NCBI RefSeq assembly: GCF_009914755.1
Contig: NC_060930.1
Length of the DNA stretch: 64,000 nt
Source of the DNA: the human T2T-CHM13v2.0 reference genome, Homo sapiens
Direction: 5' to 3' (one strand)
Below are positions 13,600-29,589 of the stretch, piece after piece. Position 1 is the first letter of the stretch, and every line of letters starts with the position of its first letter. Below the pieces are notes generated by a model. It searched no databases, was not told the origin of the DNA, and worked only from the letters and a program-made list of their open reading frames with translations. The position numbers and the translations under genes were made by a program.

Positions 13600-14010
13600 T
13601 TTCTTCCTTCCCTTTAGTAATAGAAACCTATTAGATTTAGCAAAGCATGAGTCCAGTCAACTGCAGACTATTAAGTGATAGTTGGGACCATATCACTATG
13701 ATATGGTTAGTGACGATTGAGCAGAAGTGACATGTTCAATGCCCTTAAAATAAAGTAGCTTTCCCCCGGATAGGGTAATGTTGAACCAGCTTTGAGCATG
13801 TGGATGAGGGCTACATCCAGCTGCTGCAGTAATAAGACAGGGTCCCTGAATCTCTGAATGACCTCATGGAGCGCAGCAATCTACCTCCCTAAACTTGCTA
13901 CCTACATCTGGGCCGTTATGAGAGAGAGAAATAGATTTGCATCTTACCAAAGCCACTGTGTTTTGTGGTATTTCTTATTACAGTAGCATAAATTATACTG
14001 TGATAAATAT
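13600..14010 (+). mobile_element. Old MLT1 (I/J-like) LTR
   Basis: 'tgagcagaagtgac', 'gacctcatggagc', 'tgagagagagaaatagatttgcatctt...aagccactg'. Confidence 0.6.
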
Positions 14011-14802
14011 TTTTAGATAGTATAAAATCCATTTGTAGATTTCATCCAATTCATGGCCATCTGTTCTTTTGCCTTCTTCCTTTCATCATTCTTTCCCTCG
14101 CTGCACCTTAGATGCCCTTTGTCTTAGTCTCCCCCTTATTCTTGTTGACAATGGTAAGCACATCAGACTCCAAGGCCTTGTCTTCAGAATCTTATCTATA
14201 ACCACAGAATTTGTTTTACTGCATCTAACCATCTGATTTATTGACACTGCTAATTTCTTCTTATCAATTCTTCTGCTGATTCTCACTAACTTCCTTACCT
14301 AGATAAAATCTCATGTTCATCTCTAAAATCACTTCCTTATAGATACTTTTGCCCAGGAAAGCTGAAATTATGATGCTTCCCAACACCCCACATCCTGTAC
14401 TCATGCAGCTGGACATTGCTGGAGGAAAGCACAAGACAAAAAGACTATGCTTATGCTTTTTCATATCCCCCCTTTCCCTTCCTCAGCTCTCTTAACCTCC
14501 ATGCCACATCCCTTAGATAAAAACATTTCTTCTAAATTCATTAAAAAAAGGAAACCAACAGATCACATATCTGTTCTCCTTTGAAGCTACCAATCTGTGC
14601 ATGTCTCTACTCAAATGCCACTCCTTGCTTTGCTTACTACAAATAAGGTGTGCCTGCATCCATCAAAGGCCAACCCCATTCTGGTGCTTAGAGTCCCACC
14701 CCATCTTACAGTCTCAGGGCCTGTCTTCTAGTAATCATTATCAGTTTCTCTCCCACTCTACTGTATTTTATCTATCAGCAAACGAGTTTGCCGTTTTATC
14801 TC

Positions 14803-15153
14803 TGATATTTTGTGGCTGTGTCCCCACCCAAAACTCATCTTGAATTCCCACATGTTGGGGGAGGAACCCAGTGGGAGGTAATTGAATCATGGGAGCAGGT
14901 CTTCCCTGTGCTGTTCTGGCGATAGTGAATAAGTCTCATGAGATCGGATGCTTTTATAAGGGTGAGTTACCCTGCACAAGCTCTCTCTTTGCCTGCTGCC
15001 ATCCATGTAAGACATGACTTGCTCCTTGCCTTCTGCCATGATTGTGAGGCCTCCTCAGCCACTTGGACTTTTAAGTCCATTAAACCTCTTTCTTTTGTAA
15101 ATTGCCCAGTCTTTGGTATGTCTTTATCAGCAGCTTGAAAATGGACTAATACA
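14803..15153 (+). mobile_element. THE1 (THE1A/B-like) solo LTR with perfect 5-bp TSD
   Basis: 351 bp TG...CA from 'tgatattttgtggctgtgtccccaccc' to 'ggactaataca'; ATCTC at 14798-14802 and 15154-15158. Confidence 0.95.
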
Positions 15154-15529
15154 ATCTCCAACTTAAAAAAAAAAAACTAGATGTCTACATCTCCTCCCAA
15201 TTACCTCTCATTCCTTTACTTTTCATTCACTACAAAACTTAGTGAGGAAATTGTCTATGTCACCACACACATTTCCTTACATGATATTTTCTTCTCAATC
15301 CACTCAAATTGGGTTTCTTTCACTACATGCCCATTGAGGCTGAGCATATTCATCAGAGTCATGAATCACATCACTGTTGCCAAATCCAATAGCTTTGCTT
15401 TTGGGTTTACTCCATCCCAGCAGCTTTCTAATTAATTAACATTCCTTCTTTTTTGATGCCTTTTATTTTCTTTGATTCTGTAACTCAATACTTTCCTAAT
15501 TGTGCTCTTTTTTCATGAGCTACTTCATT

Positions 15530-15665
15530 TTTTAATGTTTTTTAAATTTTCTATTTCCATAGGTTTTTGAGGAACAGGTGGTATTTGGTTACTTGAGCAA
15601 GTTCTTTAGAGGTGATTTGTGAGATTTTGGTACACTCATCACCTGAGCAGTATACTCTGAACCTT
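15530..15665 (-). mobile_element. Very short L1PB1-like 3' end with TSD
   Basis: 'gaacaggtggtatttggttac...aagttctttagaggtgatttgtgagattttggt'; flanked by gctacttcattttt (15519) and gctactgcattttt (15669). Confidence 0.85.
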
Positions 15666-17736
15666 GCGGCTACTGCATTTTTAACTCCTTTGCTGCTTCC
15701 TCCTCCTATCCTCACCTTCTAAATATTGGCATACTCTAGGTTGTGACTTGAGCTTTAATTTTTCCAAATTCTTTAGGAATCTTCTCTTTTTGTCCACTGT
15801 TATATCCCCAATACCTAAAACAGTATATGTCACATAGTAGGACCTCAGTTAATATTTTTAAAGTGAATACATATACATTATCTAGCTTCTTGGGAAAGTG
15901 ACAATAAATAATGTCCCTCTCTTTTGCTCCACACATCCATTTTGACATGTTTCTGGACTTTGGTCTACTTATGTCTTCCTCATGTGTTGGAATTTAATCA
16001 TTGCTCCCTGAGTAGGATGACTCAGCAACTGTTTTTACATGAGCTTATGGAATTGTGCATACAATAAAATAAACTTAATAAACTATGCACACATAGACAA
16101 AAACAATGTAGTGTTAAACAATTACCATGTGAATTTGCTTTAACTAGACAACTAATATAGATAACTCAGTTTTAATCTTATTTCCCTTAGCACAGTATTT
16201 TTTCTTTTATAACTTGAATTATACAAGCAACAATTCTAATTATAAGGTTCCTCTAAAAGAACTGTAAATTCCAGTTTGCATTTTACTATGTTGTGCTACA
16301 CCCTTTCTGTCTTTACAAAATGGAGAAAGCGTTTTGTTTGCAGCATGCTTTGAGGTCAGGAATGAAAGATCTGGTAAGTCCATGGCATTATGAGTACAAT
16401 GTGTTTAAAGTGGCCTAAGCCATTTGCACAGGAAAATAACATGTTCTAATCCATTTAAGGGCCTTTGTAAGTAGTCAGGTCTCCAAGCTTTAATCCACTT
16501 CATTATACCTAGGTAGTGAAGCATAGAGGTTTTTAGATTCCTACAATTACTGGCTGATAAGGTATGGTGACTACCAAAGATGCATTAGGCAATGATATTC
16601 TAAAGAAAGCACTTATAGCCTGTGACCACATGACACAGAGAGGTTTGGGTTGGGCTGGGTGTATGCTGAGGTAGCACATCTTCTTATATAACCTGGTCTA
16701 AAATTGCCTAAAATATATCTTAGACCAAGCTACCTGGTAAGGGTTTGTTATCACCATCCTCTTTGAGAGCCAGTGTCAGGCATTACTGATGCCTCCAGAA
16801 ACTCAGGCCATAAATTGAGTATTCCTAGGTGTTAATCACACATCTAGTAAGCTGTTTTTTTCTCACATTTATAACCCCCAAATAATTGCACCAAATATTT
16901 TATGTCTCAGGCATAGCTCCCTGGTTTCTAGCATTCATTCTTATATGCTCTAGCTAATTAAAAAATAAAGCCCTGCTGATGACATCCTGCCACAAGAGAT
17001 GAATTGTTTAGTGTCTGATGACTAAATTGACACTGTAGTCAGCAACTCCACAGTAACAGTCCCACCTGGATGCATCAGTAGTACAGATATGCAATGAAAC
17101 AAACTCAGTCCCTCTATGTTCAACACTTTCCTGAACTTTCCATCTAAATAATAGACTGTGATTTTCTTTTATAAACTTCAAACCAAACAGGAAAACTTCG
17201 GATTTAGCTAATCTATTATGGGCCAATAATATTATCCTTTTGCAAAAAAATCTATCAAGAAAAATATAAGATTGTTTACTGGTCTTCTTGACATTTTCCT
17301 TTGTGTTTTACTTTGTGAAATAATTTGTTATAGCCTAATCTGCATGACATCAGTGGTCAGTATAGACCCCCTGGCTATGTTTTTTAAGAAATAAATATTT
17401 GAGGGTGTTCATTAAAACTTTATTTAGTAGTCAAATATGTTATCCAATATTTATTAGCTGGTTTTTTTCCCTCATATATCATGAAATATTACTCATTATT
17501 TAACTATCAGAGTTTACTAAAATTAGGATTAAATTTCTCCATGTCTTGGAATCTGAGGAAAGAATGAGTATGTTCTGTACTATATCACAAATAGAAATTT
17601 ATAAGACCTTTTGAATTGTTTTGCTGATTTGGTATCTCTTATAATTCAACATTTCTGATTCTGAAGTTTGCATTTGTTCATATTTTCCATCTCTTAAGTG
17701 TTTTCTTATCAAAACAGGTACATAAATAAGATTGTA

Positions 17737-18098
<362 letters not shown>

Positions 18099-19295
18099 TT
18101 ATCATGTGGTTGTCTATTGGTTACCCTGGGCTTCAGAATGTCACTTTTTGGGAGGTAAACAATGTTCAATTTTATCTCCTCTATCTTATGTATTTGAATG
18201 TAATGCAATACAACATGATGCACACTTTTTATTAAATCAAACTAACTTTCCTCCTCTCTATACATGCATGTAATATGAACACTCTTAAAGATTTTGTTGC
18301 TACAAAAGCTGCTCAGGCATAGTCACCTAGGATGTTCAAGTCCTCAGGATTGAGGGCAAAGGGGATTTCAGGTAAGAGTATAAGGAATACAACAAAGTGT
18401 TTTTTGTTTCATTTAGTGGGTTTCTATTGGTGTTTTTGAAATCCTTTCAGCAAAGGCTCCAGCCTGGTGAAGCTGAATTTGAAAGTTTTTTCTGGTTTTC
18501 ACCTATACCTCCTAGAAGCTGATAACCCACATAGGAGAGATTTTCTCAGCTCTTAAAACTTCCCATCGTTGCTCTTGGGGCATCTCATCCTTGTAAGGCA
18601 AGTGCACTCTTACATGTAAAAACGTAAATGGGTAGTGCAATCGGATATGTTAGTATTCCACTCCATCTTTAGGAGTCTCCTGTCTACTCCACCACACTTT
18701 TCAAGGCTCTCATATATACCTATATTTCCCATGTTTGTCAGGAGCCTCCCTAGAGACAAAGTTAATGTGAGAAATACCATTTGCTCCAGAGTCCCTATTT
18801 CTCATTCCTACCAAAATGTCTGCTTACCATTAAGAAAATTCATAATCACATCCAAGCACATGTTAAGAAGTTCTATGCAGTGATACTCCTTCTCCTCCTC
18901 CTGATAATGTACAGATTAACAAGGACCTTATGGAGGCAATGATGGAAGATTCACATAACCTGGTATCTGGTAAAAGAAACCTATTTGATCAGTCCAGTTT
19001 CATGGTAGCTCTCGTTGCACACCATGAGGGAATGAGATAACACAGTTTAAAATCTGGCCTGTGAAAAGTCACTATTCTGTCCTGAATAAGTGCCATTAAA
19101 AGAGAGATGGCTTATGTGTTATTAAAAATAAGTTAATGTGTTCTTTTCTTGGTGAATTTGAAAAATATCTGAAAATACACACATTTCTGGTTGTGGATGT
19201 GTAATTGTAAATCTGCTATTAAAAGCAGGTTGACATCTAGAAATGTTAAAAATATCGGTATTATTAAGACCTCCCAAAATTATTCCTCTTCAAAT

Positions 19296-19400
19296 TATAT
19301 ACATATATATAGTGTATATATTGTTATACATACATATATATAGTGTATATATTGTTATACATACATATATATAGTGTATATATTGTTAAATGTACATATA
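19296..19400. repeat. 31-bp-period TA-rich minisatellite, about 3 copies
   Basis: 'agtgtatatattgtta' recurs at 19311, 19342 and 19373. Confidence 0.9.
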
Positions 19401-19429
19401 TAACCTAAAGTGGAATATATAAAACCTAC

Positions 19430-19575
19430 AATGATTTTTTTCTCAAACTTTAATGCTCCATCAAATCACTTGGGGATCTTGTTAAAATTACAATTCTAAT
19501 TCAGTTAGTGTGAGATGGAGTCTGAAATTGTCTATTTCTGGCAATCTCCTAGGTGATAAATATGAGGTTGGTCTA
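19430..19575. mobile_element. MER5 hAT-Charlie fragment
   Basis: 'tctcaaactt...aatcacttggggatcttgttaaaat...ctcctaggtgat'. Confidence 0.75.
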
Positions 19576-19604
19576 ATTTATTTAATCAGACTAATCAATT
19601 TATT

Positions 19605-20050
19605 TAGTTGATTAAATTATAGTTATTTATACAATGAAATGCTATACAGAAATGGAAATAAACAAATGACAGTTACCTACAAAAATATGGATAAACTTGT
19701 GAACAGTATTGAGTATATAAAGTAAAACAAAAGAATATATATATGTGTGTATGTGTATGTGTGTGTATACACATAAAATTTCACCTAGATAAAATTTTAA
19801 AACAGCTAACATATTTTTAGAGAGGCCTACATCAGTAGTAAAACTATGGCGAAAGTGAAAAAGCCACCTCTATTTAAAAGATCACCTTCATTTAAAGTGA
19901 AAGGGTTGTAATGTTATAGAAGGGGGAACCTGGGGGATCCTGGAGGAATGACCTGAGTAGTGGTTATATTGGTAGTTATATGAATCATTGCTTTGAAAAT
20001 ATTAATCTACTGTTAATTTATGTTTTATGTCATAAAACATAAAGGTTGCA
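19605..20050 (+). mobile_element. Old L1M (L1ME/MD-like) 3' fragment
   Basis: 'tacaatgaaatgctatacag...atatggataaactt...acaaaagaatata' typical of L1M 3' ends. Confidence 0.6.
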
Positions 20051-22073
20051 AAAATATAAGAGAATAATAAAGCACATTTCTAGCAGACCTATTTTATTGT
20101 GATTTTTTCTTTGTTAATAACTGAAGAATTATTCTGATGAAAATTACTTTGATGTCCACAGAAAGTTATTTCTGAAACAAATAGAAATTCAGTCTAGTGT
20201 CTCATGGCATAGTAGCTTTAAGATGGAATATTTATGGATGAACAAACTTATCTGTAACATTTTACTATATGGTATATGTTGTCTGATATTGACGGATTTC
20301 AATACTTTTCCCTATGTAATGATATTCTTGGTTAAAAAAACCAGGGAATTGGAGTACAATTTACATACCATGGTAGATGTATATTTGCCTACATTGCTTC
20401 TCTTCTGTTTATGAGCCGTGCTGTTCTGTTAGGTGGCTCTAATGGGACTGTCACTCACATGCCAGCCTGCCTTTAATACCAAAGAGGTCATATGATCCAG
20501 GCCTGGCCAACCATGGTACCCTACATTTCTGTCCACAATGATAAATCCCAAAGCAGGCCTAGCCCTTCTGTTAGATGTGCTATAAAGGTGCTGGAAGTGA
20601 AGGGTTCCTTCTAAGTCTCAGGGAGAAATTTTTTGGGGACCATGGAAGGAAGAATACCTAGTAACCATTTTTCTTCTACTTGGTAAGAAGGGGTTTGAAA
20701 AGGTAACAAATAAAACAATAAAAATGTAACAATAAAAAACACAAAGTGTTTGGAAAAAGGATGACAAAATTTTTGGGGCACCTGGATCAAATGGATGAGC
20801 CAATATATTATTGTTGGTTTTTGTTTTGTGTTATTGCCTGAGCTATTTTGAATTCAGTTCCTAATACTACTGAAAGTCCTGGTTAATTTATAAACACAGT
20901 CTAATATAATTCCAGCATTCACAGTCTAAACTTGCTAATTTCTTTGTGTACATTGTCCTTTTAATCAATTTTTTGGAAAAATAAAATTAATTCATAATTA
21001 ATTACTTATAATTAATTGCTAATGAAGGACCTAAAATGTAAAGGATAACACATTTATTGATAACTGATTACCGTAAAACTTTGCTGTATTTCTCTGTTTA
21101 CAGGGATTGCTTTCTTAAGGTGAATATAGAATTGGACAGAGACTAAAATTAAAAAAAAGTTTGCTGCCAAATGAAATGAGGTGATGTCCTGGTCAGGTTT
21201 CCATCTTCCACTCTCATTCCATAAATGTTGAAATTTTGACTCTCAGTTTCACAGCCTCGCTAAAAGGAAATGACACAGGAAATGTATACGCTTAGTTCAT
21301 GGGTGAAATCTAAATAAGAGTATTAATGTCTAGAGGTTTCAGCCATACTGGGAGGAAAGTTTCACCAAAAAGGGCTGTAAAGCGGTGGCTACACATTGAA
21401 TCACCTAAGGAGCTTTATAAAGCTACTGTTAACTGGTCTGGGATATGGCTAAGGTATCAGGATTTTAAAAATATCCTCAAAGCGATTCTACTGTGCAGCC
21501 AAATTTAAGAAATGTGGCATAAAGGAGCTACTGAGCCTATACAATTCCTTAGCCTCAGTTCCAACTCAGAGGTTTTCCATGGTCCCAACTCATAGGTTTT
21601 GAAGGACTTGGACTAGTTAGTGCCAGTGAAGGTGGTATATGGAGGAGCAGAGAGCCCTGTCTTCTGGGAGGATCTGGGGGTTATTTTCAGATTGGACTAT
21701 ACCACAGTGCCCCTGGGCTACTTACTGTGCCTCACCTAAACCTTGCTCCTTGCAAGGTTCCAGGCGACTTCTCAGCTGAATAACAGGAAAGCACTCCTAG
21801 GTCTACAGCTTGCATCTGAAATCATTCTCCATATATTTCAACTGCTTTCTGCCAGAGCTTCCTCTTCCTCTCTCCTCATTAGAACAACAACAGCGAAAAC
21901 AACAAAAACGCAAAAGCAGAAAGCAAGAAAAAACTGCAATGAAATGTTCTTAACCAAAGATTCAGGAACCCCAGTGGGTAGACATGATCATTTTGGAGTA
22001 AGCAAAGCTCACCTGTAAAGATTTTTTTTAAAATACCACCCTGTCTCCTTTCCTCTTTACCTAATCTCTATTG

Positions 22074-22300
22074 CAGGGGTGTCCAATTTTTGGCTTCTCT
22101 GGGCCACATTGGAAGAAGAAGAATTGTCTTGGGCCACACATAAAATACACTAACACTAATGATAGGTGATGAGCTAAAAAAAAAAAAAAATTCAAAAGAA
22201 TCTTACAATGTTTTAAGAAAGTTTAAAAATTTGTGTTGGGCTGCATTCAAAGCCGTCATGGGCCACATGTAGCTCTCAGGCTGTGGGATGGACAAGCTTA
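22074..22300 (+). mobile_element. MER30 (hAT-Charlie) MITE, copy 1
   Basis: 'caggggtgtccaat...ggacaagctta'; 8-bp TSD ctctattg/atctattg. Confidence 0.95.
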
Positions 22301-22895
22301 ATCTATTGCTTCAAACTCAGGTAAATTTCACAGGTAATCCTGATAAGCATATCCGGTATAATAATTCATTGCTAGGTTGGACCCTGGATAGGTTTCAAGA
22401 AGTCCATGGATTGTTTCCTCCTGCAAATGATAAGCAACACTTTATGCTTGTGACTTTGGTTGGTATACAGAAATAGATCATTAAAAAAAATTATTAATCG
22501 GGCCTGTAAGTTCTCTCCTATTTAAAATCACTTCGGTACATTGAAAGTATAAATCCTTACTGGAAGATATTCACTTTTCTCATAAAAAGACTGTTATTCT
22601 CCTAGCTGTTATTAATAAGACTTTCTAACAAGACTTTCTAGCTAGATGAAACTTGAGAGTTACCTTTTTGAAAAGATTACTTTAGTTCAGTTATTAAACA
22701 CTAATTAATACTAACCATTAGTCACACAATTTTCTCTGGTCCTGGGAAGATGAGGCTAACATGCTCTTTAGGATATGTTTACTACTGTGAGAGAATTGTA
22801 AGTTTACTTCAGTGTAACCATAATTCCTTCACTGTTTTATTAGAATCTCTAGTTTTTTAATTATAAAAAAGTGTACTAGTGAAATAATTTATAGT

Positions 22896-23333
22896 TCATA
22901 TAGTTCGGCTATTTGTCTCTCTCCTCCGCCCCCCAAATCTCATGCTGAAATTTGATCTGCAATGTTGGAGGAGGGGCCTAGTGGGAGGTGTTTGGGTCGT
23001 GGGTGGATGTCTCATGAAGACCTTGGTGCCATCTTCGCGGTAATGAATGAGTTCTCTATTAGTTCCTCTGAGGGCTGACTGTTGAAAAGAGGTTGGCTCC
23101 TGCCTCCCCTGTCTCACCTCCTCTCTCACCATGTGATCTGCACACACTGGCTCCCCTTCACCTTCCACCATGAGTGGAAGCTTCCTGAGGCCCTCATCTG
23201 ACGCAGATGTTGACACCATGCTTCTTCCATAGTTTGCTGAACCATGAGCCAAACGAAACTTTGTTTTCTTTATAAATTACCCAGCCTTAGGTATTCCTTT
23301 ATTCCTTTACAGGAACACAAATGGACTAAGACA
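22896..23333 (+). mobile_element. MST (MSTB-like) solo LTR
   Basis: 'ccaaatctcatgctgaaatttgat...gcctagtgggaggtgtttggg...ataaattacccagcc...aaatggactaagaca'. Confidence 0.9.
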
Positions 23334-23420
23334 ATTAATTATTCTCACCACTCCCTTTCCTCCATTCCCTAGAGATGGCCAATACAAACAGTGTCCTATG
23401 TATCAGGCAAGTACAAATAC

Positions 23421-23427
<7 letters not shown>

Positions 23428-23451
<24 letters not shown>

Positions 23452-23466
23452 CTGTGTGTGTGTGTG
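23428..23466. repeat. (TG)n microsatellite
   Basis: Direct read, one interruption. Confidence 0.95.
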
Positions 23467-26138
23467 ACTTTAAAAACAAAAATGCAACCACATAATTCAA
23501 TTTGCTTTTCTCACTTAACAACATATCTTAAATATTTTCCAGGATACAAAACTGCTTTTGAAAGCATATACAGTATTATTTTCTGAAAGCATCAGATTTT
23601 TCAAAATGAGCATGCTTTCTGTGAAATGGAAATGGAAATATAGTCTTGGAATATCAAAGTCAGCTACGTTTATCAAAGCTGGCATTCTCTTCTCCCCTGT
23701 GTCCTTCACCCATGCATGCTACGTAGTCCTCCACCCTCTGCCTTCCTTCATTCACCCTAGGAAAGGACGGTGCCCTGCTCTCAGTCTGTGCAGTCCTTTC
23801 AGAAGACATTTGCAGGGCTCTGAAGTTGCTTCATACATAGGCTTGCTTCTAATACAGATTTCATTCAGAAACTATTCTGTTGAGTGAGCTTGCATGCATG
23901 TTTTCCATTGTGAGCAAAGAAAAATAGATTTAGCACTAAAATGTACCATCTGTGTCAATATGTGTCAATATGTGGTGGCATAGATTTAAATCTGAGCACA
24001 TTTGTTAGTTTTAATTCTAAGGCATCCAGGGCTGCAGTCATTGTTTCCCCAGGCTTCTGAAGAAAGATCTTCCTGAGATCACCAAATCCTTTCTTAGAAG
24101 TCAGGTCAAAATTCTACTGAGAAAGGTCTCTCTTGGGTAGGAGCTACCCAGAACCTTCCTGCCTGACTTGCTCATTGAGTCTTTTTACACCTAAAACGGC
24201 ACTGTGTAAAAGGCTACTGAGAACAGAGTTAGAAGTGAGATCTTTTTATCTTTATCTCTCATACCACAAATCCTTTCTCTTTTGCTTTATGCTTTATGTT
24301 ATGCCTTGCTGCAATACAAACATTTAAGATTAGTTTTTTACCCCCAAGATGCCCCCTGTATTAAGAAGATTCTTCCTAGTTTGAGCCAGGATATCAGGAA
24401 TGTGGAAAAGCCAGTGAAGTTTTAATTGGATTAAACTCTGTGTGTCCCTCCACCCCACAACCTCCTCACTGGCAACTTTCTTGACAGCTTAACTAATGAG
24501 ATAATATGCAACAAAGAGATGTGGCATTCAACAGGGCCTCCTGCCTTACCTGGGGGGAATACACCTGGGCCAGCTGTGAGTAGCAACAGGATAACAGGTA
24601 ACTGACAACAACCCCCACTCTGATACTGTCACCAATTCTCAGGCTTTGTGCATTTCTGAGATGAAATTCAAACCTTAAATTTTAGCTGCTCAAAGTGATT
24701 GGATTCAGCAGGCGCCTCCTGAACTTGCGGTGGAAGTGCCAGAGGGGGAGCAAAGCCACTTCCCTGGTCTTTAATTCCCTTAGCCAAAAAAATCAAAATC
24801 TGTCCATTTGGCACCTTTGAGAGGGAAAAAGGGCAACACAAATTTTCCTTAATAAAATAATGCCGGCTATTAAAGAGCAGTCTTCCTGATGTCATTTGAC
24901 GCCCTTCTCTCACAGGGCTGGCAGGCACAAGGCCAGGGTGTAGGGAAGTGCAATTGGAGACATTAGTTACAGCACCTTAGGTACGGTAGCAAAATAATAT
25001 TTGATAAATGAAAATAAGTCCAGGCAGACACAATTTCCAAATAGTTTTTAGAAGTACCTGTCACTTCCAGACTCTCTTCTTAAGCGTAACCCTTGGTGAG
25101 CGAATCCATTTTACCGCTTCTTCCAGGTAGAAAATTTTAGTGTGCCCTTAAATAATTCAGTATTTCTAGAAGGAGATTGACAGTCACATGTTCATGAGAA
25201 TGGGAGACTCTGCAAAAGCTCATTCCAAATAGTTTTCATCTAAAACTGGAGTTATTGAATGCCTGTACTTCCACTTCAAAAGCCTTGGGAGGATCAAGTG
25301 ACCCCCAAAATATTGACCCCCACAAGCAGAAGTGTTAGTATCTCAAATACCTTTCACAAGAAGACACCCATTTCATTTCATGAGAAGGTAGTTGAGGTGT
25401 CTGATGTGCAGTGCATGGCCAAAAATAATCCTGTAAAGATCTGGAGCATTATTCGAGTTAGGGTTTAAATAAAACTCACTGAGACTGGCAGCTGTGCTTA
25501 AAAATCCCCACTAAGCAGGGGTGTAAAAGGGTTCTACTTGATCCTGTCCTAAGGACAAGTTTTGATACTGGATAGTGCAAAGAGATGGAGAATACAGGGG
25601 AAGCTGTGACCTAGAGATCCAAAGATGAACTTCCTGCCTTGAATGTGTTTTCCACTTACATGCAAAAGATCTGTTAATATGGGGAAGGTTGATCCAAGAG
25701 TTCCAGTAACCAAAAGGTAGAAGAGGGGAACAAAAACAGATACTGTGTAAGAATGAAATTAAAATGACCTGAGAAGGGGTCTAATTTGACATAGTTTGAA
25801 CTGGAAATAGCACAGTGTTTTGACTTTTTGTGTTTTTAGGTTCACTATACCCAACAGTAATAAAGAAAATGTCATCTGTGTGCTGGGAAACTTTTATTGT
25901 ATTAGAGAGTCAGGAGTGGGTATAGTAGAAAGGTGTCAGGAGACCTGAATTTCAGTCCTAATTTGGTACTTATGGCCTATGGTTTATTACTGAATAGGGT
26001 AAGTACCTCCTATGTTACCGGCACTGTTTTATGAGCATCTAAATCCTCTATCTAGGTCAGTTGATCTTGGGAGCTTCAGTTTCTTCAAAATTCATGTGTT
26101 TATTATGAAGGCTGAATTTAATAATGTAAAGAAAATAG

Positions 26139-27803
<1,665 letters not shown>

Positions 27804-27814
27804 AAAGAAAACAG

Positions 27815-27985
27815 TCTCTCTTTCTTTGTCCTCCTTCTCCTCCTCTTCCTTCTCCTCCTCCTCCACCTCCTTCTTTTTCTCCTCTTCCTACTCCTTATCC
27901 TTCTCATACTTCTTCTTCTCCTCCTCCACCTTTTCCTCCTTCTTCTCCACCTCCTCCTCCTCTTCCTTCTTCCTCATCTTCTTTA
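27815..27985. repeat. Polypyrimidine (CCT/CTT)n low-complexity tract
   Basis: About 170 bp almost entirely C/T. Confidence 0.95.
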
Positions 27986-29589
27986 ATAAATTCTTCAATG
28001 TTAAGCTCTGTTCCTCAGTTTCTTCAGCTATAATATGTGCATAGCAACAGTACCTACTTTATAGGGTTGTTATGAAGATTAAATGAGGCAATCCATCTTA
28101 ATTGCTTAAGAATGTACATGGTGTGTAGTAACACAGCACTCCTCAATTGATTTTATCAGGGATTAATATTACAGCTATTTGATTATGTTTATGCACGTTG
28201 CAATCTGGTGGGAAGTATGCATGAGAATGCAGGATTTCTATCTCCTGTTTTCACTTTTGTCTTTAAGTATAGGAATTTTGTCTTAAGACAAAATTTGTTC
28301 TTAAGACAAATTTGGTCCTTTCACAACAGGGCACAGCATGAAAAGCTGCCATGGAGGAGAAACTTTCCATTCCACTGAGGCAGCTGGTGACAGGGACTAT
28401 CCTGATATAAGAGTAAAGCAGGAGGTTGTGGTCACCCTTTCTATTCAAAGTTGACCCAGTAATAAGAGGCTGGCCTCTCACCATCTTAAGAAAATGAAAC
28501 TAGACAACTGTACCTTGGACTGCCAGAAAATCCTACTGCCACCTCCTACAAATAAGGGGAAAAAATCTGAAAAAGAAGAAAAAATAATAAAAATTATCCC
28601 CATTCTGTAAAAAGCAAACCTGAAACAGGATTTGTTTCACCGCATTTCCGAAGTCTAGCAAGTCGGGCTTTCATTGAAGGTAATGAATGGGTAGTTCATT
28701 GTTGTCTTACTCTGCAAAACTTTTAGAAATAAAACATGAAATATTGGGCCTCTGACTAATGACAACAAATATAAAAAAAGAAGATTGAATGCTTAGACTA
28801 AGAATTATTTACCTGTGCCCGTGAATCCATAGTAGGTGTATGAATTGACTTCATGGATTATCTGAAAACTCTAAAATTATAAGCAAATTTAGTGGCTCTA
28901 TGCATGCATTTTTGTAAAAAGAGTTCTGAACTTTCATCTGATGTTCAAAGAGCTCTAAAACTTCAAAAGGGTTAAGAACTCTAAATTAGACAGCAATATG
29001 CTACATTTATAAATAAGGGTTATCTTTTTTATCTTCATGTTGCACAAGAAAGTTGCAAAAGCACTCTACAATAACTTGGCATCATGGCTAGAGAAATGTT
29101 GACTCTTGCTTTACTGAGAGCCAACAGGAACTGTAGGAGTACGAAGTGGCCAAGGCCTGTGTCTTTGGCTTCCATTGAGGAGGTCAGTTAACTTTTCTTG
29201 CGTTGAATGAGTGTGGGAGTTTTCTGGTTCTGTCCTAGACTCTGGAAAAAACATCCAATAGTGGCCATCATTTTTCCTGAACATGATGTGGCTTTTCAGA
29301 ATTCTTCCCACTTCCATCAGACCCTTCTCTAAAATTAGTTGCTGTAGAGGCCATGAGCTTGAAGTTCTCCATTTCATCTCAGGCATTACCTCAAGACACT
29401 TTGTGTCTCTCCCCATCCACTGGTCCCAAGGAGGATGAGGCTAGACAGTGAATGGTTCATCACAACTCATTTCTATCCTGGAGACCTACTAACAGTGAGT
29501 TAGGAAGGGCATATGTCTTATACTGTAAGTAGAAAGATAATCTTTCTTAATATTAATATCTATCATTAGTGAAGGTTTTCTTGATTGTT

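Larger units (their letters stand above)
14080..15860 (+). mobile_element. Long degraded L2, interrupted by THE1 and L1PB insertions
   Basis: 'aggccaaccccattctggtgcttagagtcccacc', 'ttgccaaatccaat', 3' end 'cacatagtaggacctcagttaatattt'. Confidence 0.65.
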
